Positions 37,649 through 47,969 of a DNA stretch of 64,000 bases are shown in pieces (positions within the stretch are counted from its first letter, which is position 1; each line of letters opens with the position of its first letter). Source of the DNA: a bacterium (GTDB taxonomy: Bacteria; SZUA-79; Acidulodesulfobacterales; Acidulodesulfobacteraceae); NCBI GenBank assembly GCA_021795355.1, contig JAJYPL010000004.1, positions 1,467-65,466 of the forward strand, written 5' to 3'. Made by a program: the position numbers and the translations under genes. Under the pieces are notes generated by a model, which did not search any database, was not told the origin of the DNA, and saw nothing but the letters and a program-made list of their open reading frames with translations.

Positions 37649-39955
37649 ATGGATAATAATTTGGGGATTTATATATGTTCCGGCTGCGATATAGGAAAAA
37701 GCCTTAACGTTGAAAGATTAATCAATACCGCGAAAGATTCCGGCAAGCCTTTAGTATGCGTAAGCCATGAGTTTCTTTGCGGACCGGAAGGCATAAATCT
37801 CATAAAAAACGATATTTCCGAAAAAAAAATAAATAAATTAGTAATAGCCGCCTGTTCGATGCGCGCCAAACAGGATGTTTTTAATTTCGACCAGTTTACT
37901 ATTCATACCGAAAGGGTAAACTTAAGGGAGCACGTTATTTGGATAAGCCCGCCGAACGATAATAATACACAGCTTCTTGCAGAAGATTATATAAATATGG
38001 GCGCTTCTAGAGCAAAAAAAGCTGCATTTCCGGAACCTTTAGTCCAGGACCTTAACAAAACGGTTCTCGTAGTAGGCGGCGGAGTTACAGGACTTAACGC
38101 ATCGGTTAACGCCGCGAAAGCTGGTTACGACGTCGTTCTTGTCGAAAAAAAGCCGAATCTCGGCGGATTTCCGTTTTCAAAATATAAAAAATGGGAAACC
38201 AAACCCCCTTTCGACAAAAATACGTGGATAAGGGAAGGATTAGACGAACTTATAAGCGAAGCGGAAAAATCTAATAAAATAAAAATATATAAAAATTCTA
38301 AAATTAAGTCTATATCCGGAGCGCCGGGCAAATTTAACGTAGAAATAGAATCAGCCGAAGGAAATTCCGGTTCGGAGCCTGTTAAAGAAATTGCCGGTTC
38401 TATAGTCGCAGCGACGGGCTGGAAGCCTTACGATGCAAAAAAATTGGATAATCTTGGATACGGTTTAACGCCCGATATTTTAACAAACGTAGAACTGGAA
38501 GAACTGTATTCCGAGCTCTCGGATAACGGAAAATCCGAAAATTTCGCATTAAAAAGAAAATCGGACGGCAAGCCGGTTAAGTCGGTATTGTTTGTTCAGT
38601 GCGCAGGTTCAAGGGACGAAAATCATCTTCCTTACTGTTCGACCGTCTGCTGTATGTCTTCCTTAAAAGAAGCCGCTTTAATAAGAAAAAACAATCCCGA
38701 TGCAAATGTTTACATTATATACAAAGATATGAGAACTATGGGCGAATACGAAAACTTTTACAGAAAAATGCAGGACGACGAGGGCATTTTTATGGTTAAA
38801 GGCGTCGTATCCGGCGTATCGTTCGACAAGAGCGGAAATACCATAGGCGTTAAGGTAAAAGATACCCTTTTCGGAGGAGATATCGATATAAATACCGAAA
38901 TGGTCGTTCTTGCTACCGGTATGGTTCCGAATTCCGGAGAGATAGAATTAAAAGATAATGCCGCAACTTTAAACGTAGGAGAAGTACAGCCTGCAAGCGG
39001 AGCTTCCTGTCCGCCTTCCGTGCCTGTTTCAACGGCTCAGGTTCCTAAGAGCGGCTTGTTAAACCTTTCCTATAGGCAGGGTAAAGAAATGCCGGACCTT
39101 ATTTACGGATTTCCGGATTCAAATTTCATATGCTTTCCTTACGAATCAAGAAGGACGGGAATATATCCCGCCGGTTCCGTCAGGATGCCTTTAGATACCG
39201 TCTTTTCCGTCGATGATGCGAAAGGAGCGGTTTTAAAGGCCATACAGTGTATTGAACAGACTTCTAAAGGCAGGGCGGTTCACCCTCGTTCAAACGATAC
39301 TACGTACCCGTTTTTTGACCTTCCAAGGTGTACGCAGTGTAAAAGATGCACCGAAGAGTGTCCTTTCGGCGCTATAGACGAAGACGAAAAAGGAACGCCG
39401 CAATATAATCCCGAAAGATGCAGGAGATGCGGTATATGCATGGGCGCATGTCCGGTAAGAATCATATCGTTTAAAAATTATTCGCCGGATATTATCGGCT
39501 CTATGATTAAAAGCATATACGTTCCGGAAGATCCGACCGACGAAAATTACAGGATATTAGTATTTGCATGCGAAAACGACGCTTATCCGGCTCTCGACAT
39601 ACTCGGATTGAATAAAATGAACTTATCTTCTAATATAAGGGTTATTCCGGTAAGGTGTCTCGGTTCTATAAATAACGTATGGTATGCCGACGCTCTTTCA
39701 AAAGGCATAGACGGCATTCTTTTGCTGGGCTGTAAATACGGCGACGACTATCAGTGCCATTTTACGAAAGGTTCGGAACTGGCTTCTTACAGAATGGGAA
39801 ACCTCAAGGAAACACTTACAAGGCTTGTTCTCGAAGAAGAAAGAGTCAGGCAGGTTCAGCTCGAATATACCGACTATATGAAACTGCCGGAAATAGTCGA
39901 AGATTTCGTTAATAAAGTTAAATCTCTTGGACCTAATCCATATAAAGGCTTTTAA
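37649..39955 (+). CDS. qmoB: QmoB (HdrA-like flavoprotein with MvhD-like C-terminal domain)
   Basis: VVGGGVTGLNAS, CSTVCC, CTQCKRCTEECP...CRRCGICMGACP, and the C-terminal FACENDAY...GC..GDDYQCHF. Confidence 0.85.
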   Translation: MDNNLGIYICSGCDIGKSLNVERLINTAKDSGKPLVCVSHEFLCGPEGINLIKNDISEKKINKLVIAACSMRAKQDVFNFDQFTIHTERVNLREHVIWISPPNDNNTQLLAEDYINMGASRAKKAAFPEPLVQDLNKTVLVVGGGVTGLNASVNAAKAGYDVVLVEKKPNLGGFPFSKYKKWETKPPFDKNTWIREGLDELISEAEKSNKIKIYKNSKIKSISGAPGKFNVEIESAEGNSGSEPVKEIAGSIVAATGWKPYDAKKLDNLGYGLTPDILTNVELEELYSELSDNGKSENFALKRKSDGKPVKSVLFVQCAGSRDENHLPYCSTVCCMSSLKEAALIRKNNPDANVYIIYKDMRTMGEYENFYRKMQDDEGIFMVKGVVSGVSFDKSGNTIGVKVKDTLFGGDIDINTEMVVLATGMVPNSGEIELKDNAATLNVGEVQPASGASCPPSVPVSTAQVPKSGLLNLSYRQGKEMPDLIYGFPDSNFICFPYESRRTGIYPAGSVRMPLDTVFSVDDAKGAVLKAIQCIEQTSKGRAVHPRSNDTTYPFFDLPRCTQCKRCTEECPFGAIDEDEKGTPQYNPERCRRCGICMGACPVRIISFKNYSPDIIGSMIKSIYVPEDPTDENYRILVFACENDAYPALDILGLNKMNLSSNIRVIPVRCLGSINNVWYADALSKGIDGILLLGCKYGDDYQCHFTKGSELASYRMGNLKETLTRLVLEEERVRQVQLEYTDYMKLPEIVEDFVNKVKSLGPNPYKGF

Positions 39956-39970
39956 GAAAGGGGGGATATT

Positions 39971-41134
39971 TTGAATAATACCGTTATTAAGACCGACAAC
40001 GAGTTGATTAAATATATAAAAGAAGTAGGCGAAAGCAATTTTAAAAAATGTTTTCAGTGCGGCACGTGTTCCGCAGTATGTCCTCTGTCAACCGAAGACA
40101 GGCCGTTTCCGAGAAAAGAAATGATAATGGCGGGATGGGGAATGAAAGAACAGCTGACCGCCGATTTAGACCCATGGTTATGCTATTACTGCGGCGAATG
40201 CTCCAAGAACTGCCCAAGGAAAGCCGAACCGGGCGAACTGATGATGTCGCTGCGCCGTTTTTTAATAAGCGCGTATGACTGGACCGGGATTTCAAAGCTT
40301 TTATATGTATCGAAGTACGCCGAATATATCGCAATATTAATAGTAGCGCTCGGAGTTTTGCTTGAGTGGGCGGTTATATTCGGACTTCATCCGGCCGCAG
40401 GAGCGACGCTGTCCCAAGCGGTATCTCCGGATAAAGTGGACTATTTCTTCGACTGGCCGATATCGGCTTTTCTTGCAATTATGCTGACGTCTTTCATATA
40501 CAATATGTACCGGAAGACGGTATTAAGCGACAAAAGCGTGAAAATTCCGCTAAGCCTTTACGTTACGGAAGCATGGTCGCTGATATTTAACTTTTTTACG
40601 CAGTATAGATATGCAAAATGCGACGATTCTGAAGAGTCGGCGACTAAAAAACTTGCCTCCGGCAAATATAATTTCTGGCTTGCCCATCTTTTCTTAATGA
40701 TAAGCTATGTATCCCTGTTTGTAGCCATCGTATTTTTCTTGGACTGGTTTCAAAGCGAAAACAGCATGCCGATTCTTCATATAGTTCTATTCGATTATTT
40801 TGCCAGCATAGGATTAATTTTCGGAACTATTTATTTTATAATTAAAAGATTTTCTAAAAAAATAGAAAGAAGCAAGTTTTCCCATCATACCGACTGGATG
40901 TTCGTCACACTGCTCTTTTTAACGGCGGTTAGCGGAGTTTTACTAAGGGCGGCTATAGTTTACAACTATTCGGTTTCCGCTATTTTTTATATATATCTGA
41001 TTCATTTAATGATATTATTTCCGATGCTTGTGATAGAAGTTCCTTTTTCTAAATGGTCACATCTTGCTTACAGACCGGTTGCAGTATATTTTGCAAACTT
41101 AAAAGAAAAAGCTAAAAACCTAAGTAATAATTAA
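39971..41134 (+). CDS. qmoC: QmoC (HdrC-like Fe-S domain fused to HdrE-like membrane cytochrome b)
   Basis: CFQCGTCSAVCP and CYYCGECSKNCP, followed by about six TM helices. TTG start after the aaagggggg RBS. Confidence 0.8.
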   Translation: MNNTVIKTDNELIKYIKEVGESNFKKCFQCGTCSAVCPLSTEDRPFPRKEMIMAGWGMKEQLTADLDPWLCYYCGECSKNCPRKAEPGELMMSLRRFLISAYDWTGISKLLYVSKYAEYIAILIVALGVLLEWAVIFGLHPAAGATLSQAVSPDKVDYFFDWPISAFLAIMLTSFIYNMYRKTVLSDKSVKIPLSLYVTEAWSLIFNFFTQYRYAKCDDSEESATKKLASGKYNFWLAHLFLMISYVSLFVAIVFFLDWFQSENSMPILHIVLFDYFASIGLIFGTIYFIIKRFSKKIERSKFSHHTDWMFVTLLFLTAVSGVLLRAAIVYNYSVSAIFYIYLIHLMILFPMLVIEVPFSKWSHLAYRPVAVYFANLKEKAKNLSNN

Positions 41135-41204
41135 TGCTTTAACATGTGTAATGTTAAAGAAATTTTAATAATAATTAAAAATTTAATTTAGGGGGTTTTA
41201 GGTT

Positions 41205-43310
41205 ATGAGTCTATTTGACAAAGCAATGATTTTCGGAATTATTGCGGGTCTTATCGCCGTTATTTACAGTATAGCGGTAACGATATGGGCTATGAAGCAG
41301 GATGAAGGTTCCGACAGAATGAAACAGATAGCTAAGGCTATCCAGGAAGGCGCCACAGCATTTCTTAACAGGCAGTATAGGACGGTAGCGATAGTGGGAG
41401 TAGTTATTTTCGCTTTGCTTCTTATCGGTAAAATATGGGTGCCCCAGTTTGGGCTTTTAACGGCATGCGGATTTGCGTTGGGCGCTTTTTTATCGGCTTT
41501 GGCAGGTTATCTCGGTATGTTTAACGCTGTTAGAGCAAACATAAGAACTGCCCAGATTGCGCATAAAGGCGTAAAACCGGCTTTAAAGTTTGCATTTAAA
41601 GGCGGTTCCGTTACCGGCTTAATGGTTTTAGGCCTCGGCGTCCTCGGAATATCGGTTTTTATGTTAATAGGGTATCACACGAGCGGGCTTGACGGCGTTA
41701 TAAATTCATTAATAGGCTTTGCTTTCGGATGCAGTCTTATTTCCGTTTTTGCAAGGCTTGGCGGCGGTATATACACTAAGGCTGCAGACGTAGGCGCCGA
41801 CCTCGTCGGAAAAGTAGAAGCCGGAATACCGGAAGACGACCCAAGAAACCCTGCGGTTATTGCAGACCAGGTCGGAGACAACGTCGGAGACTGCGCCGGT
41901 ATGGCGGCAGATGTTTTTGAAACTTTTGCTGTTACTATAATAGCATCTATATTGCTGGCATACTCCACCTTTAAAACCGGTTCAAACAGCGGCAGTCTAA
42001 TGCACGGTATACTTTACCCCCTTCTTTTGGGAGGCATAGCAGTTTTTACATCGATTATAGGCGTATTTTTCGTAAGCGCTCCAACTAAAGAAAAAATTAT
42101 GCAGGGTCTTTATAAAGGGCTGTTCGTTACAGGAATAGTTTCGGCTATTGCATATTATTTCTTCACAATGGCTTTTATGAAGCACGTTGGAACCCATTCC
42201 GCAATGGATTATTACTATGCGGCTCTCGTCGGTCTTATTTTAACCGGACTAATTATAGTAATAACCGATTATTTTACATCGACTCAATTTTCACCTGTCA
42301 AATCTATAGCCGAAGCATCGACAACCGGTCACGGAACTAACATTATTGCAGGATTAGCAGTAGGACAGATGTCCACGGCTTTGCCTGTTATAGCGATAGT
42401 TTTCGGCATTTTGATTTCTTATCATTTTGCGGGTTTTTACGGCGTGGCGGTTGCGGCTTCCAGCATGCTCTCTATGGCGGGAATGGTAATAGCGGTCGAT
42501 TCGTTCGGACCTATTACCGATAATGCCGGGGGTATCGCCGAAATGAGCGAACTTCCGGAAGACGTCAGGGAAACCACCGATGCACTCGATGCAGTCGGAA
42601 ACACGACAAAAGCGGTAACGAAAGGATATGCTATAGGCTCCGCAGCTCTTGCGGCTATAGTACTTTTCGGAGAATACTCTAATTTGATCCAAAATGGATA
42701 CGTAAAGGCAGGACTAGAAAAAATATCGTTTTCTATACATCAGCCTATGGTATTAATAGGACTTTTCCTCGGCGCAATGCTTCCTTATATATTTGCTTCC
42801 CTTGCAATGAAATCCGTCGGAAAGGCGGCGGGAGATATAGTCGTCGAAGTCAGGAGGCAGTTTAAAGAAATTCCCGGAATCATGGACGGCACCGGCAAAC
42901 CCGAATACGGAAAATGCGTCGATATAGTCACGAAATCTTCCTTAAGGGAAATGATACTTCCCGCATTTATTCCGATTGCCGGTCCTATTGTTTTCGGTCT
43001 TACTATGGGACCTCAGGTTCTCGGCGGGATATTATTGGGAACTATTATATCGGGTCTTTTCGTCGCAATATCTATGACAAGCGGCGGAGCGGCATGGGAT
43101 AACGCAAAAAAACTTATAGAAAAAGGATTTGAATATAACGGACAGACGTACCGCAAAGGCAGCGAAGCCCACAAAGCCGCAGTTACCGGCGACACCGTCG
43201 GCGATCCTTACAAAGATACCGCCGGTCCGGCAATCAACCCGATGATTAAAGTCGTAAACATCTTTACTATCTTAATCATCCCGATTGTCTTACTGCTTTG
43301 GGCGCATTAA
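41205..43310 (+). CDS. hppA: membrane-bound ion-translocating pyrophosphatase
   Basis: 16-TM protein with GGG(I/L)[23 protein letters not shown]-like ([12 protein letters not shown]) and [11 protein letters not shown] motifs. Confidence 0.95.
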   Translation: MSLFDKAMIFGIIAGLIAVIYSIAVTIWAMKQDEGSDRMKQIAKAIQEGATAFLNRQYRTVAIVGVVIFALLLIGKIWVPQFGLLTACGFALGAFLSALAGYLGMFNAVRANIRTAQIAHKGVKPALKFAFKGGSVTGLMVLGLGVLGISVFMLIGYHTSGLDGVINSLIGFAFGCSLISVFARLGGGIYTKAADVGADLVGKVEAGIPEDDPRNPAVIADQVGDNVGDCAGMAADVFETFAVTIIASILLAYSTFKTGSNSGSLMHGILYPLLLGGIAVFTSIIGVFFVSAPTKEKIMQGLYKGLFVTGIVSAIAYYFFTMAFMKHVGTHSAMDYYYAALVGLILTGLIIVITDYFTSTQFSPVKSIAEASTTGHGTNIIAGLAVGQMSTALPVIAIVFGILISYHFAGFYGVAVAASSMLSMAGMVIAVDSFGPITDNAGGIAEMSELPEDVRETTDALDAVGNTTKAVTKGYAIGSAALAAIVLFGEYSNLIQNGYVKAGLEKISFSIHQPMVLIGLFLGAMLPYIFASLAMKSVGKAAGDIVVEVRRQFKEIPGIMDGTGKPEYGKCVDIVTKSSLREMILPAFIPIAGPIVFGLTMGPQVLGGILLGTIISGLFVAISMTSGGAAWDNAKKLIEKGFEYNGQTYRKGSEAHKAAVTGDTVGDPYKDTAGPAINPMIKVVNIFTILIIPIVLLLWAH

Positions 43311-43342
43311 TATAAATTAGCGGCAGTGCAATAATAATCTAA

Positions 43343-43381
43343 AAAGAGGGTCGGGTTAAACAAATCCGGCCCTCTTTTTTC
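43343..43381 (+). terminator. rho-independent terminator after hppA
   Basis: agagggtcgg / ccggccctct stem (one mismatch) followed by tttttt. Confidence 0.55.
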
Positions 43382-43396
43382 ATTTTATTTTTTTTT

Positions 43397-43479
43397 AAAG
43401 GTGTCAGATTAATTTTCCGCAATGACCTTTATATAAAATATTTATATTTCAGGTGCGGAAAATAAAATTTGACACCTTT
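43397..43479. repeat. AAAGGTGTCAGAT...TTTTCCG inverted-repeat element, copy C
   Basis: Arms at 43397-43421 and 43454-43479. An extra partial arm, ctcaccttttcc, lies at 43484-43495. Confidence 0.7.
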
Positions 43480-43518
43480 TCCGCTCACCTTTTCCATTTA
43501 TGTTCATCCGGACTTTAA

Positions 43519-43995
43519 TTAGCTTCCGTTTACGTTTGCAGATTTATCATATCTTATGTTTTCGCGTTTAGATTTAAAAAACGACTTTAACAGCATTGAC
43601 GATTCTTCAGCCATTATGCCCCCGATAAGTTCGATTTTCCCGCCCAAAATAGAACTTGAAACGCCGCCTTTCGGGTCGGATGCCCCGTAAACCACCCTGC
43701 CGATTCTCGATAAAAGAATAGCCCCGCAGCACATTATGCAAGGCTCAAGGGTAACGTAAAGCGAACATTCGTCTAAGCGCCAGTTATGAAGTTTTTTCTG
43801 CCCCGCTAAAATAGAGTTTATTTCGGCGTGCATAATACAGGAAACATTGCTTTCTACAGTATTGAAAGCTGAAGAAATTACCTCTCCTCCGGCGCTTGCT
43901 ATAATAGCTCCAACCGGAACTTCGTCCCCGTTCAGCGCCTTTTCTGCTTCTTTTAAAGCTAAATTCATAAAATATTTATCGTCTAATTTATTCAT
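43519..43995 (-). CDS. tadA: tRNA-specific adenosine deaminase
   Basis: CMP/dCMP deaminase zinc motifs HAEINSI and PCIMCCGA. Confidence 0.85.
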   Translation of the reverse strand: MNKLDDKYFMNLALKEAEKALNGDEVPVGAIIASAGGEVISSAFNTVESNVSCIMHAEINSILAGQKKLHNWRLDECSLYVTLEPCIMCCGAILLSRIGRVVYGASDPKGGVSSSILGGKIELIGGIMAEESSMLLKSFFKSKRENIRYDKSANVNGS

Positions 43996-44233
43996 TCTTA
44001 ATATTATATAAAAATATTATATAAATTTATTAAAATTTTAAAAACTTTAAAAATTAAAATTAGTAAAATAATAAAATAGCAAAATACGATTGAAATTTAT
44101 ATATGTTTTATGTATTATTATATAATGTATAAGCTATATATAAATAGTTTATATATACGGTGGAATAAATAAAAAAACTATAAAATAATTTAATAATAAG
44201 CGCATTAGATTAAATCGATAATGCGGATATAAA

Positions 44234-45169
44234 ATGAACCAAAGACTTCCCGATTATTTAAAAAAAGAGATTCTGAAAATCAAGTCCAGAAAAGATATTT
44301 TCGAGACGTCTAAAATTATAAAGGAAAAAGAGCTAAATACCGTCTGCTCTTCATCGAGATGTCCTAACCTGCACCTCTGCTTTTCAAATAAAACCGCGAC
44401 TTTTTTGCTTCTCGGCGACAAATGTACGAGAAAATGCCCTTTCTGCAACATAGAACATATGGATACGTCTTTTAAAAATGATAAAAACAGTGAAACGGCT
44501 ATGTCCGTAAAATCAGCTATGCCCGTAACAGCATATGCGTCCGTAGATATCGACGAACCTCAAAAAGTAGCATATGCGGTAAAAACTCTCGGTTTAAAAC
44601 ATGCCGTAATAACGATGGTTACAAGAGACGATATCGATGACGGAGGCGCCGATATTTTGGTTAAAACGGTAAGGGAAATTAGAAAAACTACCGGCTGTAA
44701 AATCGTAGAAGTTTTAACGTCCGATTTTAACGGAAACAAGAAGTCTGCATTAGACGTTGCCGAAAGCGGCATAGATATTTTCGGCCATAATATTGAAACG
44801 GTAGAAAGGCTTTATGCAGACGTCAGGCCTTCAAGCTCATATACGAGGTCTTTGAACCTGCTTAAAAGCGTAAAAGAAGAAAAACCGGATATCGTAACGA
44901 AATCGGGCATTATGGTCGGGCTTGGAGAAGACGACGGTGAAGTTTTTCAAACTATAGACGATATGATCGATAACGGGATAGAATTTATTACCATAGGACA
45001 GTATTTAAGACCGTCTTTAGAAAATATACCTGTTCAAAGGTATGTACCTTTAAATAAATTTATAGAATATAAAAATTATGCAAACACAAAAGGCGTAAAA
45101 CAGGTGTTTGCCGCTCCGCTTGTAAGAAGCTCTTTCGGCGCCGAAAAGTTTTTTAAGCACTCGTCTTAA
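44234..45169 (+). CDS. lipA: lipoyl synthase
   Basis: Auxiliary cluster CSSSRCPNLHLC, radical-SAM CTRKCPFC, and the C-terminal RSSF motif. Contains an apparent ~20-aa insertion after the radical-SAM motif. Confidence 0.9.
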   Translation: MNQRLPDYLKKEILKIKSRKDIFETSKIIKEKELNTVCSSSRCPNLHLCFSNKTATFLLLGDKCTRKCPFCNIEHMDTSFKNDKNSETAMSVKSAMPVTAYASVDIDEPQKVAYAVKTLGLKHAVITMVTRDDIDDGGADILVKTVREIRKTTGCKIVEVLTSDFNGNKKSALDVAESGIDIFGHNIETVERLYADVRPSSSYTRSLNLLKSVKEEKPDIVTKSGIMVGLGEDDGEVFQTIDDMIDNGIEFITIGQYLRPSLENIPVQRYVPLNKFIEYKNYANTKGVKQVFAAPLVRSSFGAEKFFKHSS

Positions 45170-45286
45170 TTTCGTCTTTATTTTTATTCGTTTTTTTATT
45201 TTCGAATTTTATTATTTATTTTATCTGAGCAAAATAATATAATATAAAACTATTATATTAGTTATATAATTTCGGAGAAATTTATC

Positions 45287-46498
45287 ATGACAGAAGATTT
45301 TGAGACTATTAAAAGGCTTCCGCCATATGTTTTTGCGGAAGTAAATAAAATAAAAATGGAAGCCAGGAAAAGGGGCGACGACATTATAGACCTCGGAATG
45401 GGCAATCCCGATTCTCCTACTCCCGATTATATAATAGAAAAGCTGATAGAAGCGTCGAGGCATCCCAAAAATCACAGATATTCGGTATCTCGGGGAATTT
45501 ACAAACTGAGGCTTGCCATAGTAAATATGTATAAGAGAAATTACGGCGTCGAGCTCGATCCCGACTCCGAGGCAATAGTTACTATGGGCATAAAAGAAGG
45601 GTTGAGCCATCTTATGCTGGCGATTATAAATAAGGGCGACGTAGCCTTTGTACCTAACCCGACTTATCCCATCCATGCATACAGCGTTATTATTGCGGGA
45701 GGAGACGTCAGAAGCATACCTTTAATTCCGGGCGAAGATTTTTTCGAACATCTTATGACGGCGCTTAAACAGACTTGGCCTAAACCGAAGGTTATCGTTT
45801 TAAGTTTTCCGCACAATCCTACTACCGTCACGGTAGAACTTGATTTTTTTGAAAAATTAGTCGATTTTGCCAAAGAAAACAACATATATATAATACATGA
45901 CAATGCATACGCCGATTTGACTTTCGACGGATACAAAGCCCCAAGTTTTTTGCAGGCAAAGGGAGCAAAAGACGTAGGAATAGAATTTTTTTCTATGTCG
46001 AAAAGCTACAGTATGGCGGGGTTCAGGGTGGGCTATGCGCTCGGCAATCCAACCCTTATAAATGCGCTTTCGAGGATAAAAAGCTATTTGGATTACGGAA
46101 TGTTTCAGCCTATACAGATAGCTTCCATAATAGCCCTCAACGAAGAAATAGAGCATAATGCTATAAGCGATATGGTTTTGCACTATAAAAAAAGAAGAGA
46201 CGTACTTATAGAAAGTTTCAGATTTGCCGGTTGGCACATAGAAAAACCCAAAGCTACCATGTTTGTATGGGGTAAAATACCAAACCAGTTTCTAGATGCG
46301 GGAATTAAATCGCTCGAATTTTCTAAATTATTGTTGGATAATGCTAAGGTTGCGGTTTCTCCGGGAATAGGATTCGGAGAATACGGCGACGAATACGTCC
46401 GCTTTGCTTTAGTGGAAAACGAGATGAGAATAAGGCAGGCATCTAAAGGAGTAAAGCATTTCATAAATAACGAAGAGTTTATACGCAAAGCAGTATAA
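45287..46498 (+). CDS. class I/II PLP-dependent aminotransferase (aspartate/alanine type)
   Basis: LPPYVFAEV...DLGMGNPD N-terminus, HNPTT, and PLP-lysine context [15 protein letters not shown]. Confidence 0.8.
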   Translation: MTEDFETIKRLPPYVFAEVNKIKMEARKRGDDIIDLGMGNPDSPTPDYIIEKLIEASRHPKNHRYSVSRGIYKLRLAIVNMYKRNYGVELDPDSEAIVTMGIKEGLSHLMLAIINKGDVAFVPNPTYPIHAYSVIIAGGDVRSIPLIPGEDFFEHLMTALKQTWPKPKVIVLSFPHNPTTVTVELDFFEKLVDFAKENNIYIIHDNAYADLTFDGYKAPSFLQAKGAKDVGIEFFSMSKSYSMAGFRVGYALGNPTLINALSRIKSYLDYGMFQPIQIASIIALNEEIEHNAISDMVLHYKKRRDVLIESFRFAGWHIEKPKATMFVWGKIPNQFLDAGIKSLEFSKLLLDNAKVAVSPGIGFGEYGDEYVRFALVENEMRIRQASKGVKHFINNEEFIRKAV

Positions 46499-46619
46499 AA
46501 TAATACTTATTTATATTGTAAATATTTATTATTTCTAATCACATTATATTCATTAAATTATATAAATTATATTAAAACTGTCGGCGTTCTAAATAGTTCT
46601 AAATAAATACAAAAAAAAT

Positions 46620-47921
46620 ATGAAAAAATTTATCAACATTGGGCTTCTAGGTTTCGGTACCGTAGCTTCAAGTTTTTACCACATTTTTTCGGAACAGAAA
46701 AATGAAATCGATGAAGTATTTTCGGTTCCCATTAATATAAAAAAAATATTTACCCGCGGCGGCAGCCATCCGGTGCCCGAAAATATTAAAAAACTGCTTG
46801 TTAAAAGCGCCGCCGATATAACAGGCGACGAAGATATCGATGTCGTTATAGAGCTTATAGGAGGAATCGAACCTGCAAAAAGTTTTATCTTGCAAGCTAT
46901 AGAAGGCGGAAAAAATATAATTACCGCAAATAAAGCCCTTCTTGCCGAACACGGAGAAGAGATATTTAAAAAATCCGCTGCAAAAAAAGTGCATATAGGA
47001 TTTGAAGCCGCCGTAGGCGGCGGTATTCCTGTATTGCGTTCTATAAAAAACGGACTTGCCGGAGACGAAATTAAATCGGTCTATTCCATAATAAACGGAA
47101 CGTCTAATTTCATACTGTCAAAAATGACTAAAGAAGGCGGAAAATTTGAAGACGTTCTTAAAAAAGCGCAGGAAAAAGGATATGCCGAAGCCGACCCGTC
47201 TTTAGATATAAACGGCACGGACAGCGCCCATAAACTTGCTATTCTTGGAAGGCTTGCTTTTTCCACAAGTTTGACTATGGACGATATTATAATAGAAGGC
47301 ATTGAAAATATAACGCAGTTAGACATCAGTTTTGCAAAAGAACTCGGTTACGTTATAAAACTTTTGGGTATTCTTAAAAACGAAGATTCTAAAATAGAAA
47401 TAAGAGTGCATCCTACTTTAATTCCGTTTTCAAGCATTATATCGAAGGTTGACGGCGTCTTTAACGCATTTCTCGTCAATACAAAATTTGCCGGACCGTT
47501 AAGCCTTACCGGTTACGGAGCCGGAGGAAATCCTACTGCCAGCGCCGTCATGGGAGATCTGGTAGAAACTATTTCCGGAATAATAAACGGCGAAAACAGG
47601 CGCGATTTTATTATGTCTAAAATTAAAAACAAGCTTAATATAAAAACAAAAAAAGATATAATTTCAAGGTATTATTTAAGGTTTTCGGCTGTGGACAGAC
47701 CGGGTGTGCTGTCTAAAATATCCGGCATTCTCGGGGAAAATTCTATAAGCATCAGCTCGATGATTCAAAAAGGCAGAAAAGTCGAAGGCTCCGTTCCTAT
47801 AGTAATTACCACTCACGAGGCAAACGAAGCCGAATTGTTTAAGAGCGTAGAGAAATGCGACAAATTAGACGTTATTACCGCCAAGACTATGGTTTTAAGG
47901 ATAGAAGACAAAATAGAGTAA
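46620..47921 (+). CDS. hom: homoserine dehydrogenase with C-terminal ACT domain
   Basis: GLLGFGTV NAD fold, ANK, GGIP and DINGTDSAHKL motifs. ACT-like C-terminus. Confidence 0.9.
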   Translation: MKKFINIGLLGFGTVASSFYHIFSEQKNEIDEVFSVPINIKKIFTRGGSHPVPENIKKLLVKSAADITGDEDIDVVIELIGGIEPAKSFILQAIEGGKNIITANKALLAEHGEEIFKKSAAKKVHIGFEAAVGGGIPVLRSIKNGLAGDEIKSVYSIINGTSNFILSKMTKEGGKFEDVLKKAQEKGYAEADPSLDINGTDSAHKLAILGRLAFSTSLTMDDIIIEGIENITQLDISFAKELGYVIKLLGILKNEDSKIEIRVHPTLIPFSSIISKVDGVFNAFLVNTKFAGPLSLTGYGAGGNPTASAVMGDLVETISGIINGENRRDFIMSKIKNKLNIKTKKDIISRYYLRFSAVDRPGVLSKISGILGENSISISSMIQKGRKVEGSVPIVITTHEANEAELFKSVEKCDKLDVITAKTMVLRIEDKIE

Positions 47922-47969
47922 AGCAAATAAATCAAAAACTAACTCATAAAAAAGCTGACGGAGGGAAGT

